Below, piece by piece: positions 34,816 to 43,205 of a stretch of DNA of 64,000 nucleotides (positions within the stretch are counted from its first letter, which is position 1; each line of letters begins with the position of its first letter). Both the position numbers and the translations under genes were made by a program. The DNA comes from Thermoplasmata archaeon (lineage in GTDB: Archaea > Thermoplasmatota > Thermoplasmata > Lutacidiplasmatales > UBA184), in NCBI GenBank assembly GCA_021817245.1, contig JAKAVQ010000001.1:212265-276264 (forward strand). The letters are read 5' to 3'. The notes beneath the pieces are model-generated. The model made no database searches and was not told where the DNA came from. It was given only the letters and a program-made list of their open reading frames with translations.

Positions 34816-35802
34816 ATGCACCTCGATCCGTTCGAGCTCCACCGGCCCACGAGCGTGGAGGAGGCGGTGCGGCTGGCCCGCGAGCTCGCGGGCCGGTGCG
34901 ACTACCTCGCCGGCGGTACGGACCTCCTGCCCAACTACAAGATGCACCTCAATCTCCGGCCCCACCTCATCGCGCTCGGGGACGTCCGGGAACTTCGCGG
35001 ACATTCGCTCGACCGCGTCGGGGCCGCCGAACCCCTCGCCGATCTGGAGGCCGACCCGGAGTTCCGCGCCGCGTACCCCGGCGTCGCGGACGCCCTCGGC
35101 GAGGTCGCGACCCCCCTCGTGCGGGCGAGCGGGACGCTCGGCGGGAACCTATTGGTCGAGACCCGCTGTTTCTTCTTCAACCAGAGCTACTTCTGGCGCT
35201 CGAGCCTCGGCTTCTGCCTCAAGGCCGACGGGGACAAGTGCCACGTCGTTCCGCAGAAGGAACGGTGTTACGCGACGTTCTCGGGCGACCTCGCGCCGGC
35301 GTTCCTCACGCTCGACGCGGAGGTCGAGGTCGCCGGTCCCTCGGGCCGCCGACGCCGGCCACTTTCCGAGCTCTACGACGCCGCGGGCGATGGGATACGC
35401 CGTCTCTCGCTTGCACCGGGCGAGCTGGTGGTGGCATTGCATCTGCCGAGGGCCGCGCGGGGCCAGCGCGGTCGGTACAAGAAGCTGCGGGTGCGCCCCT
35501 CGTTCGACTTCCCCGAGCTCGGGGTCGCGGTCGCGGGTCGCTGGGACGAGCGCTCGGTGGACCGTCTCTCGCTCGCGGTCGGGGGCGTCGAGACCTACCC
35601 CCGCCGGTTCGACGAGCTCACCTCGCCGCTCCTCGGCGCCCCCCTCACGACCGACCGCGTGGACGAGCTCGCCGAAGCGGTCCTGAGAAAAGTACGGCCG
35701 GTCCACAACACGTTTCTCTTGCCGGATTACCGCCGGCGCATGGTGGCGGTCTACGTCCGACGCGCGCTGGCCGAGGCCCGAGAGGGCGGAGCCGCCGGAT
35801 GA
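34816..35802 (+). CDS. FAD-binding medium subunit (CoxM/XdhB-like) of the Mo-hydroxylase
   Basis: MHLDPFELHRPTSVEEAVRLARELAGRCDYLAGGTDLLP… (FAD_binding_5) and a CO-dehydrogenase flavoprotein C-terminal domain. The upstream 129 codons of the ORF are Arg/Gly junk. Confidence 0.85.
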   Translation: MHLDPFELHRPTSVEEAVRLARELAGRCDYLAGGTDLLPNYKMHLNLRPHLIALGDVRELRGHSLDRVGAAEPLADLEADPEFRAAYPGVADALGEVATPLVRASGTLGGNLLVETRCFFFNQSYFWRSSLGFCLKADGDKCHVVPQKERCYATFSGDLAPAFLTLDAEVEVAGPSGRRRRPLSELYDAAGDGIRRLSLAPGELVVALHLPRAARGQRGRYKKLRVRPSFDFPELGVAVAGRWDERSVDRLSLAVGGVETYPRRFDELTSPLLGAPLTTDRVDELAEAVLRKVRPVHNTFLLPDYRRRMVAVYVRRALAEAREGGAAG

Positions 35803-36275
35803 GCGAGCCGGAGTTCCGACTCGTCCCGATCGCCCACCTGAGGGCCCACGAACAGTACGAGGAGCCGAACGTCCGGGACCTGGTCGAGGAGATCCGGGCG
35901 AAGGGGGTCTTCGCCGACCCGATCTGGGTCGCCCGGGACACCTACGTCATCCTCAACGGACACCACCGCGTCGAAGCGGCCCGACGGCTCGGGCTCCGCG
36001 AGGTCCCGGCGTGGGTCATCGAGTACGACTGCGATCTGATCTCGCTCGAGCCGTGGTCGCCCGGTCCGCCGATCGCGAAGGCGGAGGTCGTCCGCCGGGC
36101 CCTCGCCGGCGAGCTGTTTCCGCCGAAAACCACCCGGCACCGGTTGCGCGTCACGCTGCCGATGCGGTCGATGTCGCTCGGGGAGCTCCTCCGGACGGGC
36201 GAGCGCCCCGCCGCTCAGGCCGATCGGGGGGACGTCGCGCCGGCGCGGAAGCTCTCGCCGGGGCGGAGCGGATAG
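35799..36275 (+). CDS. ParB/Srx-fold (ParB N-terminal nuclease-like) domain protein
   Basis: ATG overlaps the TGA of the FAD subunit (ATGA). …VRDLVEEIRAKGVFADPIWVARDTYVILNGHHRVEAARRLGL… matches the ParB/sulfiredoxin-like core. Confidence 0.55.
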   Translation: MSEPEFRLVPIAHLRAHEQYEEPNVRDLVEEIRAKGVFADPIWVARDTYVILNGHHRVEAARRLGLREVPAWVIEYDCDLISLEPWSPGPPIAKAEVVRRALAGELFPPKTTRHRLRVTLPMRSMSLGELLRTGERPAAQADRGDVAPARKLSPGRSG

Positions 36276-36874
36276 GGCAGCGGAAGCTCCCCGAGCGCGA
36301 ACCGCCGGATCGTCTCTGAGAGCAGGCGGACCTCGACGGGGTGCACCCGGTCCCGCAAGGTCGCCGGGGTGTCGCCCGGTTCTACCGGTACCGCTTCCTG
36401 GACGAGGGCGGGTCCGCCGTCGACCTCCTCGGTGACCAGCTGAACCGTGACTCCGGTCTCCGTCTCGCCACCGGCGAGGACGGCCTCGTGGACGTGCGCG
36501 CCGTACATCCCCATGCCTCCGTACTTCGGCAGGAGCGACGGATGGATGTTCAGCGCACGCCCCCGCCAGTGGGCGACCCAGGAGGCGGGGAGGATCGAAA
36601 GGAACCCGGTGAGCACGACGAGCCGGACGCCGTGGTCGTCGAGCTCGCGGGTGAGCCGGTCGGACCATTCCTCCCGATCGACGCCCCGCGACGGGAGGAG
36701 GAGCGTCGGGAGCTCTCGGCGACGCGCCCGCTCGATCGCGCGCGCGTTCGGCCGGTCAATGACGACGAGGGCGATCGCGGCCGGGAGACGTCCGATGGCG
36801 ATCTCCTCGGCCAGCGCGTCGAGGGTCGTCCCTTCTCCCGAGGCAAGGACCCCGAAGCGGAACGCCGCGTCCAC
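36215..36874 (-). CDS. purN: phosphoribosylglycinamide formyltransferase
   Basis: FGVLASGEGTTLDAL…, NIHPSLLPKYGGMGMYGAHVHEAVL…, LVTEEVDGGPAL (formyl_trans_N signature). Confidence 0.9.
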   Translation of the reverse strand: MDAAFRFGVLASGEGTTLDALAEEIAIGRLPAAIALVVIDRPNARAIERARRRELPTLLLPSRGVDREEWSDRLTRELDDHGVRLVVLTGFLSILPASWVAHWRGRALNIHPSLLPKYGGMGMYGAHVHEAVLAGGETETGVTVQLVTEEVDGGPALVQEAVPVEPGDTPATLRDRVHPVEVRLLSETIRRFALGELPLPYPLRPGESFRAGATSPRSA

Positions 36875-37110
36875 GTCGCCACGAGCGGTCCCGGTTAAAA
36901 GAGCGTGGCGGAAGCGAGGGACCGCGGCGGACGGGCCTTTCGGCGGAGAGGTCCCGTGGTTCCGGGGTCCTTCCCCGACGCCCTCTCTCTGTCCGGGAAG
37001 GTCGATCCCTTCTCGGGCCGCTCCGAGGATCCGACGCGAGGACAGGGCGGTTGCCGGCGGGCGCGGCCGGCCGGGGAACGCTCAAGTGGCCGCGCGCTCC
37101 GGTCCGGCCG

Positions 37111-37803
37111 ATGCCGGGAGACGAACGGTCGGGAGAGAGCTGGGCGGCGGTGGACCGGTACTTCGAGGAGCGGATGGCGCTCTCCGACCCGGTGCTCGAC
37201 GCGGCGCTCGAGGACAGCCGGGCCGCGGGGCTGCCCGACATCCAGGTGAGTCCGGCCCAGGGGAAGCTCTTGCAGCTCCTCGCTCGGGCCCTCCGCGCGC
37301 GGACGGTACTCGAGGTCGGCACGCTCGGAGGCTACAGTGCGATCTGGCTGGCCCGAGCTCTGCCTCCCGATGGGCGCCTCGTCTCGCTCGAGCTGAGCCC
37401 GGTGCATGCGGCCGTTGCGCGCAGGAACCTCGAGCGGGCCGGCGTCTCCGACCGGGTCGCGATCCGAGTCGGGCCGGCGATCGAAACCTTCCCGACGCTC
37501 CTCCGGGAGAAGTTCGGGCCGTTCGACCTCGCGTTCATCGACGCGGACAAGCCCTCGACCGCCGACTACTTCGAGTGGGCGCTGCGGCTCGCCCGGCCGG
37601 GGAGCGTCATCGTCGTCGACAACGTCGTCCGCAACGGGGCGGTCTCCGATCCCACGAGCCGGGACCCGAACGTTCTCGGGATCCGACGGTTCTTCGACCG
37701 GCTCGCGCGCGAGCCGCGGGCGAACGCGACCGCGATCCAGACCGTGGGTACGAAGTCGTACGACGGCTTCGCGGTGGTGCTCGTCGGGGAGACCCCGACG
37801 TAG
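37111..37803 (+). CDS. class I SAM-dependent O-methyltransferase (family 3, caffeoyl-CoA OMT-like)
   Basis: …VLEVGTLGGYSAIWLARAL…, …FDLAFIDADKPSTADYFEWALRLARPGSVIVVDNV…. Confidence 0.8.
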   Translation: MPGDERSGESWAAVDRYFEERMALSDPVLDAALEDSRAAGLPDIQVSPAQGKLLQLLARALRARTVLEVGTLGGYSAIWLARALPPDGRLVSLELSPVHAAVARRNLERAGVSDRVAIRVGPAIETFPTLLREKFGPFDLAFIDADKPSTADYFEWALRLARPGSVIVVDNVVRNGAVSDPTSRDPNVLGIRRFFDRLAREPRANATAIQTVGTKSYDGFAVVLVGETPT

Positions 37804-37856
37804 GCAGTCGCCGGGGGCCGCGGCCCCACCAGAGGCCGATCGCGACCGTCGCCCGA

Positions 37857-38825
37857 TCAGAGCATCACGCGAAGGTTCAGCTTGTCGGTGAGCTCCTTGT
37901 AGCGGTTGCGGATTGTCACTTCGGTCACGCCCGCGACCTCGGCGACCTCCCGCTGGGTGCGGCGTTCGCCGCATTGGACGCTGGCGATGTAGATCGCGGC
38001 GGCCGCGACGCCCGTGGGGCCACGGCCGCTCGTGAGCTCGCGCTCGGTCGCCTCCTTCAGGATGTCGTTCGCGCGAGTCTGGATCTCGCCCTTCAGCTTG
38101 AGCTCCGAGCAGAACCGCTGGATGTAGTCCTGCGGCCGGGTCGGCATGAGCTTCAGGTGGAGCTCCCGCGTCATGAAGCGGTACGTGCGGCCGATCTCCT
38201 TGCGACCGATCCGGGACTTCGACGCGATCTCGTCGAGGGTCCGCGGCACGTTGCACTGCCGGCAGCTGCCGTAGAGCGACGCCGCGACGACCCCTTCGAT
38301 CGAGCGGCCGCGGATCAGGTTGCGATTGACCGCCTTACGGTAGATCATCGCCGCGGTCTCCCGCACGTTCCGCGGGAGCGCCATCCCCGACGCGATGCGG
38401 TCGAGCTCGGCGAGCGCGAAGGCAAGGTTGCGTTCGGTCGCGTTCGAGACCCGGATCCGTCGCTGCCACTTGCGAAGTCGGTAGAGCTGCGCGCGGTTCC
38501 GGGTCGGGATCGACTTCCCGTACGGGTCCCGGTTCTTCCAACCGATCTCGGTCGAGAGACCCTTGTCGTGGATCGTCAGCGTCGTCGGAGCGCCGGTCCG
38601 CGCCCGCTTCTCTCCCTGCTCGGCGTCGAACGCCCGCCAGTCCGGTCCCTGGTCGATCATCGACTCCTCGAGGACGAGGCCGCACTCGTCGCAGACGAGC
38701 TCCCCGCGCTCGTAGTCGCGCGTGAGGTGCGTCGACCCGCAGCTCGTGCAGCGGGTCGGCACAGCGAGGTCCTCCGGTCGGGCCGCGGGCTTCTCCGGGT
38801 TCGTCGGCGCCTCTTCGTTCTGCAT
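37857..38825 (-). CDS. tfb: transcription initiation factor IIB (TFB)
   Basis: N-terminal Zn ribbon [25 protein letters not shown]-finger/linker, two cyclin-fold repeats. 322 aa. Confidence 0.95.
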   Translation of the reverse strand: MQNEEAPTNPEKPAARPEDLAVPTRCTSCGSTHLTRDYERGELVCDECGLVLEESMIDQGPDWRAFDAEQGEKRARTGAPTTLTIHDKGLSTEIGWKNRDPYGKSIPTRNRAQLYRLRKWQRRIRVSNATERNLAFALAELDRIASGMALPRNVRETAAMIYRKAVNRNLIRGRSIEGVVAASLYGSCRQCNVPRTLDEIASKSRIGRKEIGRTYRFMTRELHLKLMPTRPQDYIQRFCSELKLKGEIQTRANDILKEATERELTSGRGPTGVAAAAIYIASVQCGERRTQREVAEVAGVTEVTIRNRYKELTDKLNLRVML

Positions 38826-38839
38826 TCGTTCCGGTCCTG

Positions 38840-39106
38840 CTACTCTCGGACGAGCGTCGAGCCGATCAGCGCGAGTCCCTCTTCCGGCGTCGGGGTGCGG
38901 CGGGGCCGCACGCTCAGGTACGGCCGGGCGACCGGGCCGAAGACCCGGACGACCTTGCCGCGGAGATGCCCCCGCGTGTCGCGGACCGGCGTCCCTTCGA
39001 TCGCGACCTCGGCCGACGGAGCGCGCACGGTCAGAGTTCCGGTGGGGGTCACCGAAAGAACCGTGCCGACCTCGCGCGTTGCCGACCGGACGCCGCCTCG
39101 CGACAA
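38840..39106 (-). CDS. gar1: H/ACA snoRNP protein Gar1 (probable TTG start)
   Basis: …[76 protein letters not shown] matches the archaeal Gar1 beta-barrel. It lies directly upstream of tfb, as in many archaea. The Arg/Pro-rich N-terminal ~100 codons of the ORF were rejected; no in-frame ATG is present. Confidence 0.7.
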   Translation of the reverse strand: MSRGGVRSATREVGTVLSVTPTGTLTVRAPSAEVAIEGTPVRDTRGHLRGKVVRVFGPVARPYLSVRPRRTPTPEEGLALIGSTLVRE

Positions 39107-39127
39107 GTGGTATAAACCACTTGCGAT

Positions 39128-39140
39128 ACGTATTAAAGGA
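39128..39140 (-). promoter_or_regulatory. TATA-like box (TCCTTTAATACG on the minus strand) ~25-31 nt upstream of the Gar1 start; promoter of gar1–tfb
   Basis: A 34-nt AT-rich island (TGGTATAAACCACTTGCGATACGTATTAAAGGA) sits between two minus-strand genes. Confidence 0.45.
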
Positions 39141-40328
39141 TTACGGTCGGGGGCGCGACCGGGTTCGAGCCCGCCCCGCCGGGGCGTCCGCGGACCCCTC
39201 CTCGGCCGGAAGGGAGAGGTCGCGGGGCGGGGAGAGATCCGGAGGAACGTACGGGACGTAGAGCGACTGACGGTACGCGCGCTCCTCGGGCAACTCCCTC
39301 GACTCCTCGGGGGGCCCCTCGGGGTCGGCCACCGGATCGGGCCCGAGCGGTTCGTCGACCTCGGCGAGCTCGTCCGTGCTCCCGGAGTCGGGCGGCGGCG
39401 TGGCATCGAGGTCGCTCTCCAGGCCTGAGGCGAGGTCGAGCGGCTCGTCCGTCGCTTCCTCGGTCGAGAGTGGTGGGCCCTCGGCGGCCAGCTTCCGCTC
39501 GTGCGTGAGCCGGCTGACCTCCGCCCAGAGCGCCTCGATCTCCTCCTCGGGGCTTCCGTACCGACGGTCCTCGCTGATCGCGGCGCGGACCTGCGCCATC
39601 AGCCGCGCCGCGCTCTGCGCGTTCTGCGCTCTCCCCTTGATGCGCTGGAGCCGGCGGGCGAGGTTCCGCGCCTCGATCAGGATCTCCTCCTCCTCGCTCG
39701 GGGTCACCGAAGGAAGCGCGGGCGCCCGCGGGATCCGGGCGACCGCCCGGCGAAGCTCGAGAAGCCGCTCCGCCGTCGACGGGATGTTCGCATCCTGCGC
39801 CGCTTGGACGAGAAGAGAGAACTGGCGGGTCGCTTCCGAGACTTCCTCGCCCCGGTTCCGGGCGCGGCGGATCGATTCGCCGAGCTGCTGGCCCTCCTGG
39901 AGGCAGAACTTCGGGATCGCATCGTTGAGGACGGCGAGCGCGAGGGAGGCGCTCGCCGCCGCCTTTTCGAGCGAACCCGCGCTGAGCGGCTCGTCCTTCA
40001 ACCGACGGCGGGGGTGGCCGACCCGGGCATCGAGGTGCGCGACGTCGACGCCGATCGTCTGCGCGATCGCGCGGAGATCGTCGACCCGTCGCAGGAGCTC
40101 GCGGACCCACGTCCAGTCCGGGCCGACCCGAGCGAGGAGCGCTTCGCCCCGCTTCACGACCGCGAGCGCCTGGAGGGGCGCGTCCTCGTCGAGCGCCTGC
40201 TCGAAGGCCGTCCCAATCTGTTCCGTCGGGAACGGCAGACCCTCCGCCTCGAGGAGCCGGCCACGCTCGAGCACCGCGCGCAGCCGGGCGCGTCCCTCCC
40301 CGAGCGCCGGGTCCTCCACGACCGCCAT
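39141..40328 (-). CDS. acidic alpha-helical hypothetical protein (395 aa)
   Basis: Ala/Leu/Glu-rich with low Arg bias: MAVVEDPALGEGRARLRAVLERGRLLEAEGLPFPTEQIGTAFEQALDEDAPLQALAVVKRGEALLARVGPDWTWVRELLRRVDDLRAIAQTIGVD… . Starts 3 nt after the stop of the upstream gene. Confidence 0.5.
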   Translation of the reverse strand: MAVVEDPALGEGRARLRAVLERGRLLEAEGLPFPTEQIGTAFEQALDEDAPLQALAVVKRGEALLARVGPDWTWVRELLRRVDDLRAIAQTIGVDVAHLDARVGHPRRRLKDEPLSAGSLEKAAASASLALAVLNDAIPKFCLQEGQQLGESIRRARNRGEEVSEATRQFSLLVQAAQDANIPSTAERLLELRRAVARIPRAPALPSVTPSEEEEILIEARNLARRLQRIKGRAQNAQSAARLMAQVRAAISEDRRYGSPEEEIEALWAEVSRLTHERKLAAEGPPLSTEEATDEPLDLASGLESDLDATPPPDSGSTDELAEVDEPLGPDPVADPEGPPEESRELPEERAYRQSLYVPYVPPDLSPPRDLSLPAEEGSADAPAGRARTRSRPRP

Positions 40329-40331
40329 GGC

Positions 40332-41597
40332 CTACGACCCTCCGCTGGCCGCGAGCACCCGCATCAGTTGCGTGAGCGTCTCGTCGGCCTCGCGCAGTCG
40401 GCGCGCGCGCAGCAGGTCGGTGGCCTGGCGGATCTGGACCGCGGCGTCGTGGGCGGTCTCGCTCTCCGGCGGGAGCGTGCGGACTCGGCCGGCGAGGCTG
40501 CGGGCCTTCCGAAGCAGCCGGTCGAGCATCGCGTCGTCGCTCTCCGTCGGGGAACCCGGGGCGGGAGCCGAGGAGGGAGGCGGGGGCAGTCGCTCGAGCT
40601 TTTCGAGCTCGCGGCGGAGCTCGCGAACGCTCTGGATCGCCTCGGAAAGCCTCCCCTTCTTCAAGTGGCGGGAGGCTTCGGCGTGGAGGCGGCGGGCGCT
40701 TGCGCCGACCGCATGCTCTTCGGGAAGCACGTCGAGGACCGAGCCGCTCCGCTGGAGCTCGGCTTCGAGCGATCCCGGGATCGCTTCGTGCAGCAGCATG
40801 AGGGTCTGCGCGGCCTCCTGGGCGAACGTGTCGAGCGCTTCCTCGGTGATCTCCGCGTCGCGGATCCGATCGCGCAACGCTTCGAGCTCTCCGGAGATCT
40901 CGCCGAGCGGGAGGCCGAGCTCCGCGGCGTCGTTGCGCAGCGACTCGATCCGGCCCAGCAGACCCTGAAGGCCCTTCCAGTCGGACTCGAGCTGGGATAG
41001 TCGGCGTTCGGCCTCGACCAGGAGCCCGACCGCCTCGGGCCGACGACCTCCCTCTAGGGCGTCCGCGATGCGTTCGAGCTCGTCGCCGAACGCGAAGCGG
41101 ACGTCCGCGCCGCGCAGCGCGTCGCGGCGCGCCCCGAGCGAGGCGAGCCGCTGCCGTACGACCTGGTCGGTCTCCGCTTCGATCCGGCTCTGGGCCGAGC
41201 GCAGGACCGTGAGCGCCTCCCCGACCTGGCCGTCGGCTTCCATTAGGGCCGCCTGGCAGAGCTCGCTCGTCACGTCGGGGCCCCGTCCGAGCTCGTGGCT
41301 CAGGTCCATGCGGGCGCGCAGGTCCCGGCTGATCGTGCCGTTGAGCTCGCTCTCGGGCGAAGGCGGCGGCCGGATCCGGGCCCGGGGGCCGGGGGTCGGG
41401 ACGCCGGGCACGGTCGGGGGGCCGGTTCCGCCGTCCGGCCCGGCCGGCCCGGAGGGGGTCGCCTCGACCGCGTGCAGCCCCTCGATCGCGAGCGCCGTCG
41501 GAAAGCCGCAGACCGAACAATGGGCCGCGGTGGAGACGATCGGTTGCTCACAGATCGGGCAGCTGGCTGGCACAGACCGTCGTCCTACGCCGGACAC
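40332..41597 (-). CDS. N-terminal Zn-ribbon plus coiled-coil hypothetical protein (421 aa)
   Basis: CPICEQPIVSTAAHCSVCGF (C-x2-C-x10-C-x2-C), a Pro-rich linker, then a long helical region. Start codon ambiguous (GTG). Confidence 0.5.
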   Translation of the reverse strand: MSGVGRRSVPASCPICEQPIVSTAAHCSVCGFPTALAIEGLHAVEATPSGPAGPDGGTGPPTVPGVPTPGPRARIRPPPSPESELNGTISRDLRARMDLSHELGRGPDVTSELCQAALMEADGQVGEALTVLRSAQSRIEAETDQVVRQRLASLGARRDALRGADVRFAFGDELERIADALEGGRRPEAVGLLVEAERRLSQLESDWKGLQGLLGRIESLRNDAAELGLPLGEISGELEALRDRIRDAEITEEALDTFAQEAAQTLMLLHEAIPGSLEAELQRSGSVLDVLPEEHAVGASARRLHAEASRHLKKGRLSEAIQSVRELRRELEKLERLPPPPSSAPAPGSPTESDDAMLDRLLRKARSLAGRVRTLPPESETAHDAAVQIRQATDLLRARRLREADETLTQLMRVLAASGGS

Positions 41598-41687
41598 GAC
41601 GATGTCCCAAGTTTATTCCCCTTTGCGTCGAGCGCGCGGCCGAAGGGAATCGGGCGGAACGGCCGGAATCGGGCACCGGCCGGGGGT

Positions 41688-41882
41688 TCAACCGCCGGAG
41701 AAGGTGGAGACGACCGTCAGCCGCATCGTTCGGTCGACCGGCGTGTCGAGCGGCACGGGGGTCTCCCCGTCGAGGACCGCGCAGCCCTCGGGGGCAGCGC
41801 CGATCCGGCGGAGCACCGAGCGCACGGTCGTCCCGCTCCGGACCGTGAGCGAGCGGAGCTCGACCGAACCGGCCCGGGTCAT
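41688..41882 (-). CDS. MoaD/ThiS-fold ubiquitin-like small protein ending in Gly-Gly (SAMP-like)
   Basis: MTRAGSVELRSLTVRSGTTVRSVLRRIGAAPEGCAVLDGETPVPLDTPVDRTMRLTVVSTFSGG. A 100-aa version starting at 41990 is the alternative. Confidence 0.6.
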   Translation of the reverse strand: MTRAGSVELRSLTVRSGTTVRSVLRRIGAAPEGCAVLDGETPVPLDTPVDRTMRLTVVSTFSGG

Positions 41883-42126
41883 CGCGAGGACGACCCCGAG
41901 CTCGGGGGCGGAGGCGCTGAGGGGGAGACTCTCCGTCGCGGGGGGGCGACCCGCCGCGTCCTTTGAACTCCCGCGATGCATACGCATCACCAGATCTCGA
42001 ATCTGGCGCCTTGGCCGAGCTAGGCTACCTCAGCACCCTGCCGGGGGGAAGGCCTCCCGTTCTTAGGTTTTGTCGGGGCGAGGAAGTCCGGTCGGCTCCT
42101 GGGGGATCCCGCGGAGCCGCAGGGGC

Positions 42127-43173
42127 TCATCGGGCGACGTTCGCCGGGTTTCCGATCGCCGCCTTCAGGCGTAGGATCGCCTCGACCGGCAGGGGATCGA
42201 CCTTCCGACGGTCGGCGAGGAAGAGGCTCACGTGGTCCCCGAGCGCGACGCCGGCGAGCAGCGCCTCGAGACGGTCCTCGGCCTCGAGCGGGACACGGAG
42301 GACCCGAGCCCCCCGGGCGCCCAGCAACCGCTCGAGGTAGCGGAAGCTCTTGCGGACCGGCGGGGACTCCTCGGACCACTCGAGCAGCGCCACCGCGTAC
42401 CGTCCCGCCTCCGCGCGGGGAGTGGCATCCCAGCCGACCAGGGCGTTGTGCAAGAGCTCGGGGACCTCGTCGAAGACGGCGAGACGCTTCGCGTTCTCCT
42501 CGATCTGGGTCTTCCACCGGCGGGCGAGCGCGAGGAACGGGTTCTCGGCGTAGATGAACGGAAGACGGGGACCGATCCGTTCCGCGAGGCCGGCCGCAGG
42601 CCCCCGCGGCCGGGCGTACGTCACGATCAGCGCCCGGGTCCGCTCGGCGACCCGCGCGATGCGAGCCTCGTTCGACTCCGGGAACGCCGGGTCGAGGAGC
42701 CCGAGGAGACCTCCCAGGAGATGACCGACGGCCGACCGCGGCGGGAGTCCCGGCGGGACCGCGAGTACCGGGACGCCGTCCGCCCGGGCCTTTTCGGTCA
42801 GCAGACCACCCGAGGAGATGACCGTCCGGCGCGCCCCCGCGCGGGCGGCCGCCGAATAGGCCCGGAGGGTCTCCCAGGTGTTGCCCGAATAGCTCACCAG
42901 CACGACGTGGCTCGTCGGCCCCACCGACCGGGGAAGGTCCGGCGCGCGCGCGATCGACAGCGCGACGGAACTCTCGGACTCGACCACGCCGCGCGCTAGG
43001 TCCGCGGCGATCCCGGAGCCGCCCATGCCGACCCCGACGACCATCGTCGCTCCGCTCTTCACCGGGGGGGCGAGCTCACGGCCGGCCCGGAAACCCTCTT
43101 CGAGCGAGCGCGGCAGGTTCGCCGCGAGCGCTCGCATCCGATCCCGCCCCTCTTCCCTGGCCGTGCGCGGCAT
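42127..43173 (-). CDS. bifunctional phosphoglucose/phosphomannose isomerase (archaeal SIS-domain PGI/PMI)
   Basis: Two SIS-like halves (…MVVGVGMGGSGIAADLA…, …HVVLVSYSGNTWETL…) and a C-terminal …NPAKRLA…-type region. Confidence 0.75.
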   Translation of the reverse strand: MPRTAREEGRDRMRALAANLPRSLEEGFRAGRELAPPVKSGATMVVGVGMGGSGIAADLARGVVESESSVALSIARAPDLPRSVGPTSHVVLVSYSGNTWETLRAYSAAARAGARRTVISSGGLLTEKARADGVPVLAVPPGLPPRSAVGHLLGGLLGLLDPAFPESNEARIARVAERTRALIVTYARPRGPAAGLAERIGPRLPFIYAENPFLALARRWKTQIEENAKRLAVFDEVPELLHNALVGWDATPRAEAGRYAVALLEWSEESPPVRKSFRYLERLLGARGARVLRVPLEAEDRLEALLAGVALGDHVSLFLADRRKVDPLPVEAILRLKAAIGNPANVAR

Positions 43174-43205
43174 GCCCGGAACCGGGGCCAGAGAAGAGAT
43201 ATTCC

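Noticed and set aside
39133-41520. 795-aa minus-strand ORF spanning two genes
   Set aside because: Extremely Arg/Gly/Pro-rich. The alternative frames encode two non-biased helical proteins separated by 3 nt.
41975-42060. Inverted repeat CCAGATCTCGAATCTGG plus imperfect GGGAAGGCCTCCC hairpin followed by a T-rich run, considered as an ncRNA or terminator
   Set aside because: It lies upstream of a minus-strand gene, where a plus-strand terminator has no obvious client. It is too short to call an RNA gene without covariance evidence, and is mentioned only within the SAMP-like finding.
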